Shown here piece after piece: positions 18,737 through 28,178 of a stretch of 32,000 nucleotides of DNA. The stretch lies in the NCBI RefSeq assembly GCF_009734345.1, contig NZ_CP032551.1:1980001-2012000 (forward strand). Direction: 5' to 3'. Both the position numbers and the translations under genes were made by a program. Every line of letters starts with the position of its first letter. The first letter of the stretch is position 1. Source of the stretch: Pseudidiomarina andamanensis. GTDB taxonomy: Bacteria; Pseudomonadota; Gammaproteobacteria; Enterobacterales; Alteromonadaceae. Under the pieces are notes generated by a model. It ran no database searches and had not been told where the DNA came from. It saw only the letters and a program-made list of their open reading frames with translations.

Positions 18737-19624
18737 TCAGTTGTCCCGGCACGCTTCATCAGGATCTTCGAGTTCTACCGTTGTATGGCTTAGAGCATAG
18801 GGCGCAAGGACGTTATCGATGTGCTGTTTTAAGTCGCTACGGGCCTCGATATCAAGATTTTCAGTTAACACCAAATGAACGGTTAATACATGCTCCTCGC
18901 CGTCTAGTGACCAAAAATGCAAATGGTGTAGGTCAGCAACATGAGGTAGCTCCAGTAAAGCGTCAGCGACTTGTCTGTAGGTTTTTTTGTCCGGAGTTGC
19001 TTGTATGAAGAGTTTCAGCGTTGCCCACAGGTTGCGCAGCACATTCACTAAAATAAATAGAGTAAAGCCAATCGACAATATAGGGTCGAGAATTGGCCAG
19101 TCTACGAACAACAAAACAATACCAACGATAAGTACAGCAACCCAGCCGAGAACATCCTCCAGCAAGTGCCAGTTAATAACGCGTTCGTTTAACGTTTTGC
19201 CCTCTGACAATTTGTAAGCGGCAAATCCATTAACTGTAATGCCAACGACGGCTAAAGCGATCATGCCATCAGCGATGGGCATTTGAGGGTTCCAGAGTCT
19301 GGGAATCGCTTCCACAAGTACCCAGGCAGAGCCTGCGATTAAAACAACGGCATTAATAAATGCACCGGCAAGATTGAGTCGCTTATAACCGTAGGTAAAG
19401 TGTTGGTTAGCCTGTTTTTTGCCCAGCTTATTAAGTACCCACGCCAGGCCAAGCGACAAGCTATCGCCAAGATCATGAACGGCATCAGCTAAAATGGCGG
19501 TACTGTTGGTAAGAAAGCCACCAATAAACTCGATAATGGTGAAAACAAAGTTAAGAACAAATGCCCACCCTAATCGGTTGGACGGCATGTCCTTTGAGTG
19601 ATCATGGTTATGGTGATGCCCCAT
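18737..19624 (-). CDS. czcD: CDF heavy-metal efflux protein (CzcD/ZitB-like)
   Basis: His-rich N-terminus MGHHHNHDHSKD. ILADAVHDLGDSLSL motif. A full C-terminal domain ends in HTTVELE. Confidence 0.85.
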   Translation of the reverse strand: MGHHHNHDHSKDMPSNRLGWAFVLNFVFTIIEFIGGFLTNSTAILADAVHDLGDSLSLGLAWVLNKLGKKQANQHFTYGYKRLNLAGAFINAVVLIAGSAWVLVEAIPRLWNPQMPIADGMIALAVVGITVNGFAAYKLSEGKTLNERVINWHLLEDVLGWVAVLIVGIVLLFVDWPILDPILSIGFTLFILVNVLRNLWATLKLFIQATPDKKTYRQVADALLELPHVADLHHLHFWSLDGEEHVLTVHLVLTENLDIEARSDLKQHIDNVLAPYALSHTTVELEDPDEACRDN

Positions 19625-19683
19625 AATACGTTCCTCTTTGTAGTAGAAGGGGCGGCAATAACCGCCCCCTTAAGTGCTGAACC

Positions 19684-22600
19684 CTAACGGCTCAGATCCT
19701 TAATTTTTTGTTTCGAAAACCAAGGATAGAGCACGGGTAAGATAACCAGTGTTAGCAATGTCGCAGACACCAAACCGCCAACAATGACGGTGGCCAATGG
19801 ACGCTGAATTTCAGCGCCTGCGCCGGTTGCAAACAGCATGGGAATGAGTCCTAACGCTGAGGTTATTGCCGTCATTAATACCGGGCGTAGTCGAGACCAT
19901 GCGCCATCAAACACGGCATCATTAACTGCATGCCCATCGGTTATTCTCTGGTTTATACTTTCGACCAGAACCACACCGTTTAGTACCGCCACACCAAACA
20001 GTGTGATGAAACCCACGGCGCTGGGCACCGATAAGTACTGTCCTGACACATAGAGTGCCACAATACCACCGATGACTGCCAACGGTACATTCACCAAAAT
20101 CAACATGGCTTGACCCATGGTGCCGAAAGCAAAATAAAGCAGCAGGGCGATGAGTGCCAGCGATATGGGAACGACAATGGACAAGCGCTCCTGTGCTCGT
20201 TGTTGACTTTCGAACTGGCCACCAATGTCGACTGAGTAACCGGTTGGTAAATCCACCTTCTCGTCAATCGCCTTCCTAATATCGGCAACCACGCTGCCCA
20301 TGTCACGACCCTGAACGTTCGATTGAATTACAACGCGACGCTGTACATCATCACGACGGATTTGCGGTGGTCCTGATTCAATTGCAACGTTGGCGACTTC
20401 GCCTAAGGTTACCCAGGCCCCCGAGGGAGTTAACAAGCGTAACGAGCGAATAGACTCCGGCGTATCGCGGAATTGCTTGGCCAACCGCACGTAAATATCA
20501 TAGCGCTCATTACCGCGAATGATCTGGCCTGCCGAAGCGCCACCCAAGCCATTGTCGACAACGCTAAGTACATCGGAGACATTTAAGCCGTAGCGTGAGA
20601 GTTGTTGGCGTTTCGGCGAAACCACCAGTTGTGCTTCACCTTTTATTTGCTCCATCGCTACTGCAACGGCCCCGTCAACCTGCTTGACGGCACTTTCTAT
20701 TTCCTGGCCTTTACGGGCCAACACGTCAAGCTCGGGTCCAAATAGTTTGATGGCTAGCTGCGATTTTACACCTGAGAGCAGTTCATCAACCCGTGTTGCA
20801 ATAGGTTGTGAAAAATTAAACAACAAGCCTGGGTGATCATCTAGTTTTGCCTCCATTTTTTCTTGTAAGGCGTAGCGATCCGATGCTGTTGTCCATTCAG
20901 ACTGCGGCTTAAGACCCACATATATCTCGATGTTGCTGATAGGCTCTGGATCGCCGCCCACTTCGGCTCGTCCAATGCGACTGAGTGCGTAGGTGGTTTC
21001 CGGGAACGACATCAGGATTTTTTCAAGCTTCGGAGCCACCTCTAAGGCCGTTTCAAGGTTAGAGGAGGGGGCTAATGTCACGCGAATATTAATCGTGCCT
21101 TCTTCCAGTTCGGGCGCAAACTCTGTGCCGAGACGAGGCACTAACACCAAAGCGCCGACAAACAGCACACCGGCCAGGGCAATAACAGCCTTTTTACTGC
21201 GTAACGCCACCGATAATAGTCTTTTATAACCATTATCTAGTGGTTTAAGCAGCTTATTTTCACGAGGCTTAATACCCCGACTGAAAAAGTAACTGGCTAA
21301 TGCCGGTACAACCATGATGGCCACAAAAACCGCGGAGATAATGGCCAGCATAATACTGATAGCCATGGGCTCAAATAATTTAGCTTCAACACCCTGAAAA
21401 CTAAACAGTGGCATAAAGACCACCAAGATAATCATGGCGGCAAAGAATACCGGTCGTGCCACTTCGTTAGCCGCTTCCTTAACTCGCAGCTTGATACCAT
21501 GACTATCGAGTTTGGCTGCCTGAGGATCCGGGTCGCGGTGCTCTGTGCGTTGCTCGGCGTCGTCTTGGTGTTCACTATCCGGACGACTTAAGTGCTTAAA
21601 GATATTTTCAACCATCACCACGGAGCCGTCGACCAGCATACCAATGGCAACAGCAATCCCGCCCAGCGACATCAGGTTAGCCGACATGCCCATCGCGGAC
21701 ATTACCATCAGGGCAATGGCGATAGAAACGGGAATGGACAGTAACACTAAAAAAGTAGCGCGTATGTTGAGCAAAAACAGTGCTAATACTGCGATAATAA
21801 ACACAAAGGCAATGAGCAGTGAATACGCGACCGTAGATACGGCTTTTTGTATTAAATCGGCCTGATCATAATACGGCTCAAAGGTAACACCCTCGGGTAA
21901 TGCTTGCTGAATAAGCGGAATGCGCTTTTTAATACCGTCGATGGTGGCTTTGGTATTCGAGCCCATGCGTTTGAGCACAATACCCGACACCACTTCGCCC
22001 AACTGGTTGACCTCGCCGTCGACTTTACGCGACATTGAGACCGCCCCCTGGCGAATTTCACTGCCGATTTCGACGTCGGCAACCTGTCCCAGTGTTACGG
22101 AAACGCCGTCAACGGTTTTGAGCGGTATTTGTCGTATTTGTTGCAGGCCTTTTTTACCGCTATCCAACCAGCCGGTGCCGCGAATAACCAACTGCTCCTG
22201 ACCGCGGGGCATATACCAACCACCAACGTTACCGTTATTCTTGTTGACCGCGCCCATGACGTCTTGCTGGGTAAGGTCGTAAGACAGCAGCTTGGCGGGA
22301 TTGAGGTTAACCTGATATTGCTTAACTTCACCGCCAAAGGACAAGACTTCGGTAATTCCCTCAACGGGCATCAGTAGCAGTTTAACCACATAGTCGTTAA
22401 GACTGCGTAGCTCCATGCTACTGACACCAGAGCCCGGCTCGGCAAGTAGCAGATACTGATAAACCTGGCCGAGACCGGAAGAGTTAGGGCCCATTTCGGG
22501 CGTGCCGACTCCCTCTGGAATCAACTCCTTTGCCGCTTGCAGCCGCTCGAATACCAGTTGCCGGGCAAAGTAGATATCGACACTCTCGTCAAATACCACG

Positions 22601-22881
22601 GTAATGCCCGATAAACCTGTTTTTGAGATTGACCGAACTTCTTTGACGTCGGGCAGGGCATACATCACCGACTCTATCGGATAGGTAATAAGCTGCTCGA
22701 CTTCGGTCGCTGCTAATCCTGGTGCTTCCGTATTTACCGTTACCTGAACGTTGGTAACATCGGGAAAGGCATCCAGATTAAGTTTGGGAATAATAAAAAA
22801 TGACGCAATGCTGATGCTGAATAAAGCCAATACCAATAACAGGCGATTGGCGACAGCAAACTGAATAATGCGCTGAAACAT
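19684..22881 (-). CDS. czcA: HME-RND efflux pump inner-membrane subunit (CzcA/CusA family)
   Basis: 1065 aa with a 12-TM RND architecture and typical CzcA-like N-terminal and periplasmic-loop sequence. Confidence 0.95.
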   Translation of the reverse strand: MFQRIIQFAVANRLLLVLALFSISIASFFIIPKLNLDAFPDVTNVQVTVNTEAPGLAATEVEQLITYPIESVMYALPDVKEVRSISKTGLSGITVVFDESVDIYFARQLVFERLQAAKELIPEGVGTPEMGPNSSGLGQVYQYLLLAEPGSGVSSMELRSLNDYVVKLLLMPVEGITEVLSFGGEVKQYQVNLNPAKLLSYDLTQQDVMGAVNKNNGNVGGWYMPRGQEQLVIRGTGWLDSGKKGLQQIRQIPLKTVDGVSVTLGQVADVEIGSEIRQGAVSMSRKVDGEVNQLGEVVSGIVLKRMGSNTKATIDGIKKRIPLIQQALPEGVTFEPYYDQADLIQKAVSTVAYSLLIAFVFIIAVLALFLLNIRATFLVLLSIPVSIAIALMVMSAMGMSANLMSLGGIAVAIGMLVDGSVVMVENIFKHLSRPDSEHQDDAEQRTEHRDPDPQAAKLDSHGIKLRVKEAANEVARPVFFAAMIILVVFMPLFSFQGVEAKLFEPMAISIMLAIISAVFVAIMVVPALASYFFSRGIKPRENKLLKPLDNGYKRLLSVALRSKKAVIALAGVLFVGALVLVPRLGTEFAPELEEGTINIRVTLAPSSNLETALEVAPKLEKILMSFPETTYALSRIGRAEVGGDPEPISNIEIYVGLKPQSEWTTASDRYALQEKMEAKLDDHPGLLFNFSQPIATRVDELLSGVKSQLAIKLFGPELDVLARKGQEIESAVKQVDGAVAVAMEQIKGEAQLVVSPKRQQLSRYGLNVSDVLSVVDNGLGGASAGQIIRGNERYDIYVRLAKQFRDTPESIRSLRLLTPSGAWVTLGEVANVAIESGPPQIRRDDVQRRVVIQSNVQGRDMGSVVADIRKAIDEKVDLPTGYSVDIGGQFESQQRAQERLSIVVPISLALIALLLYFAFGTMGQAMLILVNVPLAVIGGIVALYVSGQYLSVPSAVGFITLFGVAVLNGVVLVESINQRITDGHAVNDAVFDGAWSRLRPVLMTAITSALGLIPMLFATGAGAEIQRPLATVIVGGLVSATLLTLVILPVLYPWFSKQKIKDLSR

Positions 22882-22892
22882 ACAACCTCCTG

Positions 22893-24038
22893 TTAGTGGT
22901 TATGTGGGTCAAAACCGCCTTTAGCGATTTGTGAGCGAACGAAAAACGCGCCGTTGTCTACGTATTTTGTGCCTTCGTTAACGCCTCGAATAACTTTCCA
23001 CGGACCCTTTTCATCAACCAATTCGACTTTCTTCGGTTCAAACTTTCCGGGTTCGTGCTCAATGAATATCTGCCAGTCACCATCAGATGCCCGCATTAAG
23101 GCTGAGTCCTTAACTGCAAGCACCGGTCCATCCGACTTAACTGAGAAATAAACATCCGCAAATAAACCAGGGTGTAATTGGTCCTTTTCGTTATTTACCG
23201 CAAGTCGTACCGTTCGGGTGCGGGTTTTATGGTCTATTGTGTGGCCTTCCTGAATGACTTTTGCCGCAAAGCGCTGATTGTCGACACTCACTGTAACAGG
23301 ATCACCAAACTGCACACTAAGGTCAGCTGAGCCTGGTAGACGAGCATTAACCCACAAGGTTTCTTCTTGCAGCACTTCAACCAAGTGATTACCGGCATTA
23401 ACTTGCTGGCCTTGCTTGAAGTTATCGCTAACCACAATCCCGCCAATTTCTGAGGTCAGTTGGTATTCGCCGATAGGGTAGTTAGCTTTACTTAAACGCT
23501 TAATGTCGCTGGCTGACATACCAAATGCTTTGAGTTGCGCTTGCGCTGAGGTAAAGGCGTTTTTCGCTTCAACAAAGCGTTTTTCACCAACCGTTGACTC
23601 ACCGAGTGACTGCACGCGTTGCCATTCGTTAAGTGTGACCAAATACTGACTTTGCGCCTCCGCCATGGTGGCGCTGAAGAGGGTGGCTAGTGGTTCACCT
23701 TTTTCGACGTGGTCGCCAATACTGACAAAACGTTTGAGAACGGTCGAATCGATGCGCGGACTCACGATATAGCTATTAAAGTCGTTAGCAACCACCTCGC
23801 CCGGAGCATAAACCGGGTATTCAATAACTTGAGTTTGCAAGGTTCGCGTGGTGATATCCGCCATGGACAGCTGCTTGCTGGATAGCTCCACGCCTGCACT
23901 TTCCTTATGTTCACCTTGCTCGTGTTTGCCTTTTTCTTTGTGGGTATCTTCTTTTTCGTCGTGTCCGTGTTCATCCTGCGCCATAACCGAAAAGCTCAGC
24001 GCAAGTGCTATTGCTGCGTATAAAGGTTTTACTGACAT
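22893..24038 (-). CDS. czcB: RND membrane-fusion (periplasmic adaptor) subunit with a His-rich N-terminal region
   Basis: Signal peptide, then QDEHGHDEKEDTHKEKGKHEQGEHKE, then MFP-like barrel and lipoyl regions. It lies immediately upstream of czcA. Confidence 0.85.
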   Translation of the reverse strand: MSVKPLYAAIALALSFSVMAQDEHGHDEKEDTHKEKGKHEQGEHKESAGVELSSKQLSMADITTRTLQTQVIEYPVYAPGEVVANDFNSYIVSPRIDSTVLKRFVSIGDHVEKGEPLATLFSATMAEAQSQYLVTLNEWQRVQSLGESTVGEKRFVEAKNAFTSAQAQLKAFGMSASDIKRLSKANYPIGEYQLTSEIGGIVVSDNFKQGQQVNAGNHLVEVLQEETLWVNARLPGSADLSVQFGDPVTVSVDNQRFAAKVIQEGHTIDHKTRTRTVRLAVNNEKDQLHPGLFADVYFSVKSDGPVLAVKDSALMRASDGDWQIFIEHEPGKFEPKKVELVDEKGPWKVIRGVNEGTKYVDNGAFFVRSQIAKGGFDPHNH

Positions 24039-24041
24039 CGT

Positions 24042-25292
24042 TTACTCTCCAATCTCTGCGTTTGTTGGCTGGCTTAACGGCGATAACGTCAGTGCTTTAC
24101 TGAGTTCGCCCGAACGGTACAACCATTCAATGGCGGCCAACCGATATTGTGTTTGCAGCGCTATCCCTGCAAATTGGCTATCGAGCTGCTGTTGCACAGC
24201 GGTGAGGTAGTCTGTGGTGGATAGGTCACCGGCGAGCCAGGACTGCTCAATCACCTGCATCGACTCATCCTGCCGAGATTGAAAGTCTCTTTGCCAGCTT
24301 TGCCACTGTTTTTTCACAAAACGATAATTGTTAAGAGACGATTTCAGTGCTGCTTGCCATTGTTGCCTTAGTGCAATCAAACGTTTTTCTTCAGCAACAG
24401 CTTCGCTATTGGCTGCGCGCACCGCATCGCTGTAGTTATTGCGAACCTGTAGTGGAATGCTGAATGATAAGCCAATTACTGTTTCGTTATCGCTCTCGCC
24501 CGCTTCGACGCCTACGGTTGGGTTGGCGGTGGTTAACGAGCGTTTCCAGTCGACATCGGCGCGCTTTAATTGCCATTGCAGGTAAGCGGCTTTTAACGCT
24601 GGATGTTGTTGCCAACGAGCCGTTAACGCAGGTTCAACGTTAAATAGCTCCTCATTAATGGAGAGTTGACCGACATCAATCGTGGTTAGCAGAGCGTTTA
24701 ACTCTGCTTCAGCGGATTGCAGCTGTTGATAAGCCGCTGCCGTTTGTTGCAGTTGCCGACTTAGTGCGAGTACCGTCAGTTGTTCGTCGACGGCACCTAA
24801 GTCACCGGCTTTACGTCGTTCGGCAACCAAGCTTATCGCCTGTTTAACGATTTTCTCTTGTTGCTCGGCCAGTGCGGAACGCTGTTTTGCATCCAGCCAT
24901 TGCACATAGGCATTCAACAGAGTTTTAGCATGCGATGTCGCCGACTGGCGATAAATACTCACTGCCATAGCCGTCATGGCGTCACTCTGACTGGCTCGTG
25001 CTTCATTGCGAGTGCTCCAGTCCAGCGTTTGGCTTAGGCCAACAGTGTAATTATTGATGTCACCCTCGCGCTCTAAGCGTGACGATAAGCTAGGGTTGTA
25101 CAAAGGCTGATTTAATTGTTTGCCCTGTTGGATCAGCGCTTCAGCCTGCTGTTGAGCGGCTTCAACACTGGGGTGTTGCTGCACAGTTTTTTGCCATTGC
25201 TCGGGCAACTGTTGTGCATTGGCGTAGCTTGAACTTATTGCCAGACTTACGGCAATAAACAAGCGTTTGCTATGTGTCGAAAACGGACCCAT
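24042..25292 (-). CDS. czcC: Outer-membrane factor (TolC/CzcC family) of the RND system
   Basis: 416 aa with a signal peptide and two coiled-coil-rich OEP-like repeats. It sits 3 nt upstream of czcB. Confidence 0.8.
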   Translation of the reverse strand: MGPFSTHSKRLFIAVSLAISSSYANAQQLPEQWQKTVQQHPSVEAAQQQAEALIQQGKQLNQPLYNPSLSSRLEREGDINNYTVGLSQTLDWSTRNEARASQSDAMTAMAVSIYRQSATSHAKTLLNAYVQWLDAKQRSALAEQQEKIVKQAISLVAERRKAGDLGAVDEQLTVLALSRQLQQTAAAYQQLQSAEAELNALLTTIDVGQLSINEELFNVEPALTARWQQHPALKAAYLQWQLKRADVDWKRSLTTANPTVGVEAGESDNETVIGLSFSIPLQVRNNYSDAVRAANSEAVAEEKRLIALRQQWQAALKSSLNNYRFVKKQWQSWQRDFQSRQDESMQVIEQSWLAGDLSTTDYLTAVQQQLDSQFAGIALQTQYRLAAIEWLYRSGELSKALTLSPLSQPTNAEIGE

Positions 25293-25365
25293 AGATAGAC
25301 TCCTCAGTCATATTACTGCGTAAAATAATGATTTTTTTGCGCTGCTATAGCAGCTTATTAGGCAG

Positions 25366-25710
25366 TTATGAGGAGATGGGAGGCCGGAACAGCGGAGATG
25401 ATAGAGGGTTAGTGTAAAACTCAGTATACCCAGGACGTATTGTGCCCATTCGTGGTAACGCGAGAGTTTTTTCAGTCTTCATGGCATATAAATGAAATGA
25501 GCCATGGCAGTGACAGCAGTGATGGCAGTCAAAGCTGATTTCTCCACTTTTAGGGAGATTGCGCTTATCGATGTGGGATTCGTCATGCTCAAAATTGAGG
25601 TGTTGCTCAGAAGAGGACTGGTGAGATTGATGCACATCAGCAACCGCCTGACTGATTTGAGTCAGAACAGCAACAAGCACCAGTATTAAAAATCCGAGTC
25701 TAAGCATCAT
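25366..25710 (-). CDS. Small exported His/Cys-rich protein (CzcI-like position)
   Basis: 114 aa with an N-terminal hydrophobic signal. Motifs HQSHQSS, HDESH and CHHCCHCHGSFH. It is the first gene of the czc cluster, where CzcI sits in the classical czc operon. I cannot verify sequence homology. Confidence 0.45.
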   Translation of the reverse strand: MMLRLGFLILVLVAVLTQISQAVADVHQSHQSSSEQHLNFEHDESHIDKRNLPKSGEISFDCHHCCHCHGSFHLYAMKTEKTLALPRMGTIRPGYTEFYTNPLSSPLFRPPISS

Positions 25711-25769
25711 TACCTACAGTTCTAAATAAGCAGCTTAACGGTACACTAATTAAAAATAGTTCTCAACTA

Positions 25770-26732
25770 GTGGCGATTCACACAAATACTTCTGCTGTAT
25801 ACCTATGCACGAATCAAGAGCTTCAGGTAGAAGCGCGAGAAGAAGGTTTTGATTTTATATTTGGTACCGATGTGGCAAATAATGAATTGAGTTTTTTATT
25901 CGAGTCAAAATTCGAGCCTTACCAAGAATATTCAAGGACAGACATTAAAGGAATTGATCTCGTCCTAAAACTCGGTGACTCATTTATTCGAGCCTTGGAA
26001 GTTAAGCTTACAGTTATTCCGGACAATACCACTGCAAACGACAGAGAGTCTGACTGGGGTACCGAGTTGGTGATTAGACCTGCAAGTACTTCTTACGCCG
26101 CGCTAGGTATTTTTGATTCGATAAAACCATTTAGAGCGAGACTAAAGGAAATCTTAGAGCCTACCTGTTCGACAATTCAACATTGGGATAATACTGTTGA
26201 AATGTTGAGTAAAAGGGAGGAAATCATTGGGTGTTTAAATAAAATATTTACAGAGTTTAAAGACTACCAAAAACCTTTTTTATTACATCCAATATGGAAG
26301 ACATTGGGTAAGTCACCGATTATTGATAAGGGTAATGCATATGATATTTTTGTTTGGAGCGACTTTGCTATTTGCCGTACCTTTATTGATTGCGCATCAA
26401 GAGAGCGAGATGTGGGGAAAGTTACAAGGCTTTATAGATCAACGCTAAGGCTTGCAAGGATTCTTTACGAACTAACACAAACAGATAAGGTAAATATTCA
26501 TAATATTTATACTCAAATGGCTTTCAACCTGCAGACTGACAAAGAATTTGCTCTGAATGGTAAAATGACTCGTAGATTTATGAATCATCCTCGACGTTAT
26601 AATCCAATTATGAAATTATCTAGCATCACAAATGTGATTATGAATGGCGGGCACAAAGAGTTAAGTCCAGAACGTCGTTTTGATCAAAGCTTGTATTATA
26701 CAGCACAGGAATTATTTAAAGACGATGCTTAA
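25770..26732 (+). CDS. PD-(D/E)XK nuclease-like protein (type II restriction-endonuclease-like), orphan
   Basis: Candidate catalytic core GIDLVLKLGDSFIRALEVKLT (D...E-x-K). The gene is AT-rich. Its only canonical start is a GTG without a visible SD. No methyltransferase gene is adjacent. The family assignment is tentative. Confidence 0.55.
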   Translation: MAIHTNTSAVYLCTNQELQVEAREEGFDFIFGTDVANNELSFLFESKFEPYQEYSRTDIKGIDLVLKLGDSFIRALEVKLTVIPDNTTANDRESDWGTELVIRPASTSYAALGIFDSIKPFRARLKEILEPTCSTIQHWDNTVEMLSKREEIIGCLNKIFTEFKDYQKPFLLHPIWKTLGKSPIIDKGNAYDIFVWSDFAICRTFIDCASRERDVGKVTRLYRSTLRLARILYELTQTDKVNIHNIYTQMAFNLQTDKEFALNGKMTRRFMNHPRRYNPIMKLSSITNVIMNGGHKELSPERRFDQSLYYTAQELFKDDA

Positions 26733-26921
26733 AATTGAATATTGTTGTTTATGCTTAAGAGAAAACGACAGAATTTGCTTCCTAAATCGATTAAGAGCAA
26801 GAATGTTGTGCGAAGGTCATGAAACTTGGAGGCAAAACCTTAACAAGTCACAATTTTGGCACAGAATCGGCACAAAAGCCTCAAAGTTAGTACTTGCTAT
26901 CAATGTCAGGCTATAGAATTA

Positions 26922-26998
<77 letters not shown>

Positions 26999-27084
26999 GC
27001 ATTGATTCACTAAGGAATCGGAAAGAGCCGGCATTATAGTGATCTCAGCAGATGCTGTCTAGCGCGCATCCCCCATTTATGCGG

Positions 27085-28164
27085 TTAGCAGCTAAGGTCA
27101 GTAAGCGCGATAGCTTTGATGCCGTTATCCCATAAACCGAGGTAGAGCATTGTTTCGGAGGCCCTTGGCACAAGCATCAAGCTTTTTACTCCGCCGCGAC
27201 TGGTTTCATCTGACAAGTCATTTTCAACCCACGTTTCGCCGTTATCGGTACTGCACTCAACTATCAACGGTTGTTCAGCTGAAAGTTTGTCGTATTGCGC
27301 GGTATACAGCGTGCCGTCGTCGGCTAATACAACGTCCCAGTAAAATGTATGATCAACGTCGCCCATTGGGGTTTGCCATTGTTTGCCGCTGTCGGTACTC
27401 AACACAATGCCGCCTTCACCACTGAATAGCACAGTGGATGGCGTTAGCGGATGGACTAGGCCACCAATGAAAGTGGCTGGCGCAGGTAATAGTTCATGCC
27501 ATTCTTGTACGGTACCGCTGCTCCGGTCGTAGCGTACCAAATAGCCATTCTCGACCGCACCTTGGCCACCAAACCAAACTTGTTGTCTTGGGCTATCGAC
27601 ATAAAGTAGGCGCAGTCCTGTGGCGAATCCGTCCCACTCGCCGTGCAGCAGTGTCCAGTTGGTAGCGGTCACGTCAGTCACGGCGAGCGATGTACTGCCT
27701 ACTGCGTATAGTTGGTCGGTACCGGTGTCGTACGCTAAGTTGCGTATGGCGTCGTGAAATTCGCCACCAAAGTTGTGATCAATTTGCGTCCAGGTTTCGC
27801 CTGCATCTTGGCTGTGATAGAGCGGAGATGGTGCTGAATCATCGGCAATATCGTCGCGCTCAAATGCAGCCACGTAATAGCTCGGAGCAATAATGGCGAC
27901 CCCTTTAACAGCCGTGTTGGTTGGGGAACGCAATTGCCACTGGGCATCAGGATGAGCTCGCCAATATAGCCCCGAGGTTGTGCCAGCGAGCTGCGATTCA
28001 CCGTCTTGCGCCAAAAACTCAACGGTAACTTGATTGGCAAAGATAGTCTCCAGTTTTCCTGTAATCGGCGGAGTATCGGGTTTTTCATCAGTCGAGTCAC
28101 CGCCGCAACCGGCGAGCACAAAACTGACGGCCAAAAGTAGACTTAATCGTAATTGTGTTGTCAT
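27085..28164 (-). CDS. BNR/Asp-box repeat beta-propeller lipoprotein (Ycf48/sialidase-like fold)
   Basis: Lipobox VLAGC. Asp-box repeats SQDAGETW, STDSGKQW and STDNGETW. I prefer the ATG at 28164 over the track's TTG at 28182. Confidence 0.8.
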   Translation of the reverse strand: MTTQLRLSLLLAVSFVLAGCGGDSTDEKPDTPPITGKLETIFANQVTVEFLAQDGESQLAGTTSGLYWRAHPDAQWQLRSPTNTAVKGVAIIAPSYYVAAFERDDIADDSAPSPLYHSQDAGETWTQIDHNFGGEFHDAIRNLAYDTGTDQLYAVGSTSLAVTDVTATNWTLLHGEWDGFATGLRLLYVDSPRQQVWFGGQGAVENGYLVRYDRSSGTVQEWHELLPAPATFIGGLVHPLTPSTVLFSGEGGIVLSTDSGKQWQTPMGDVDHTFYWDVVLADDGTLYTAQYDKLSAEQPLIVECSTDNGETWVENDLSDETSRGGVKSLMLVPRASETMLYLGLWDNGIKAIALTDLSC

Positions 28165-28178
28165 CGTCCTTGTCCTTT

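Noticed and set aside
19838-22377. Multiple 60-106-aa ORFs on both strands within czcA (for example 21545-21865 +, 22095-22364 -)
   Set aside because: They are fully embedded in the 1065-aa RND gene and have low-complexity or odd composition. These are typical shadow ORFs.
26680-26916. 78-aa plus-strand ORF between the REase-like gene and the tRNA
   Set aside because: It overlaps the 3' end of the longer gene in another frame. It is Cys/Arg-rich, lies in AT-rich DNA and has no SD. It is probably non-coding island-end sequence.
27150-28121. ORFs 27150-27425(+), 27690-27893(+) and 27735-28121(-) within the BNR-repeat lipoprotein gene
   Set aside because: These are alternative-frame or antisense shadows. 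Only the 27085-28164 frame carries the lipobox and Asp-box repeats.
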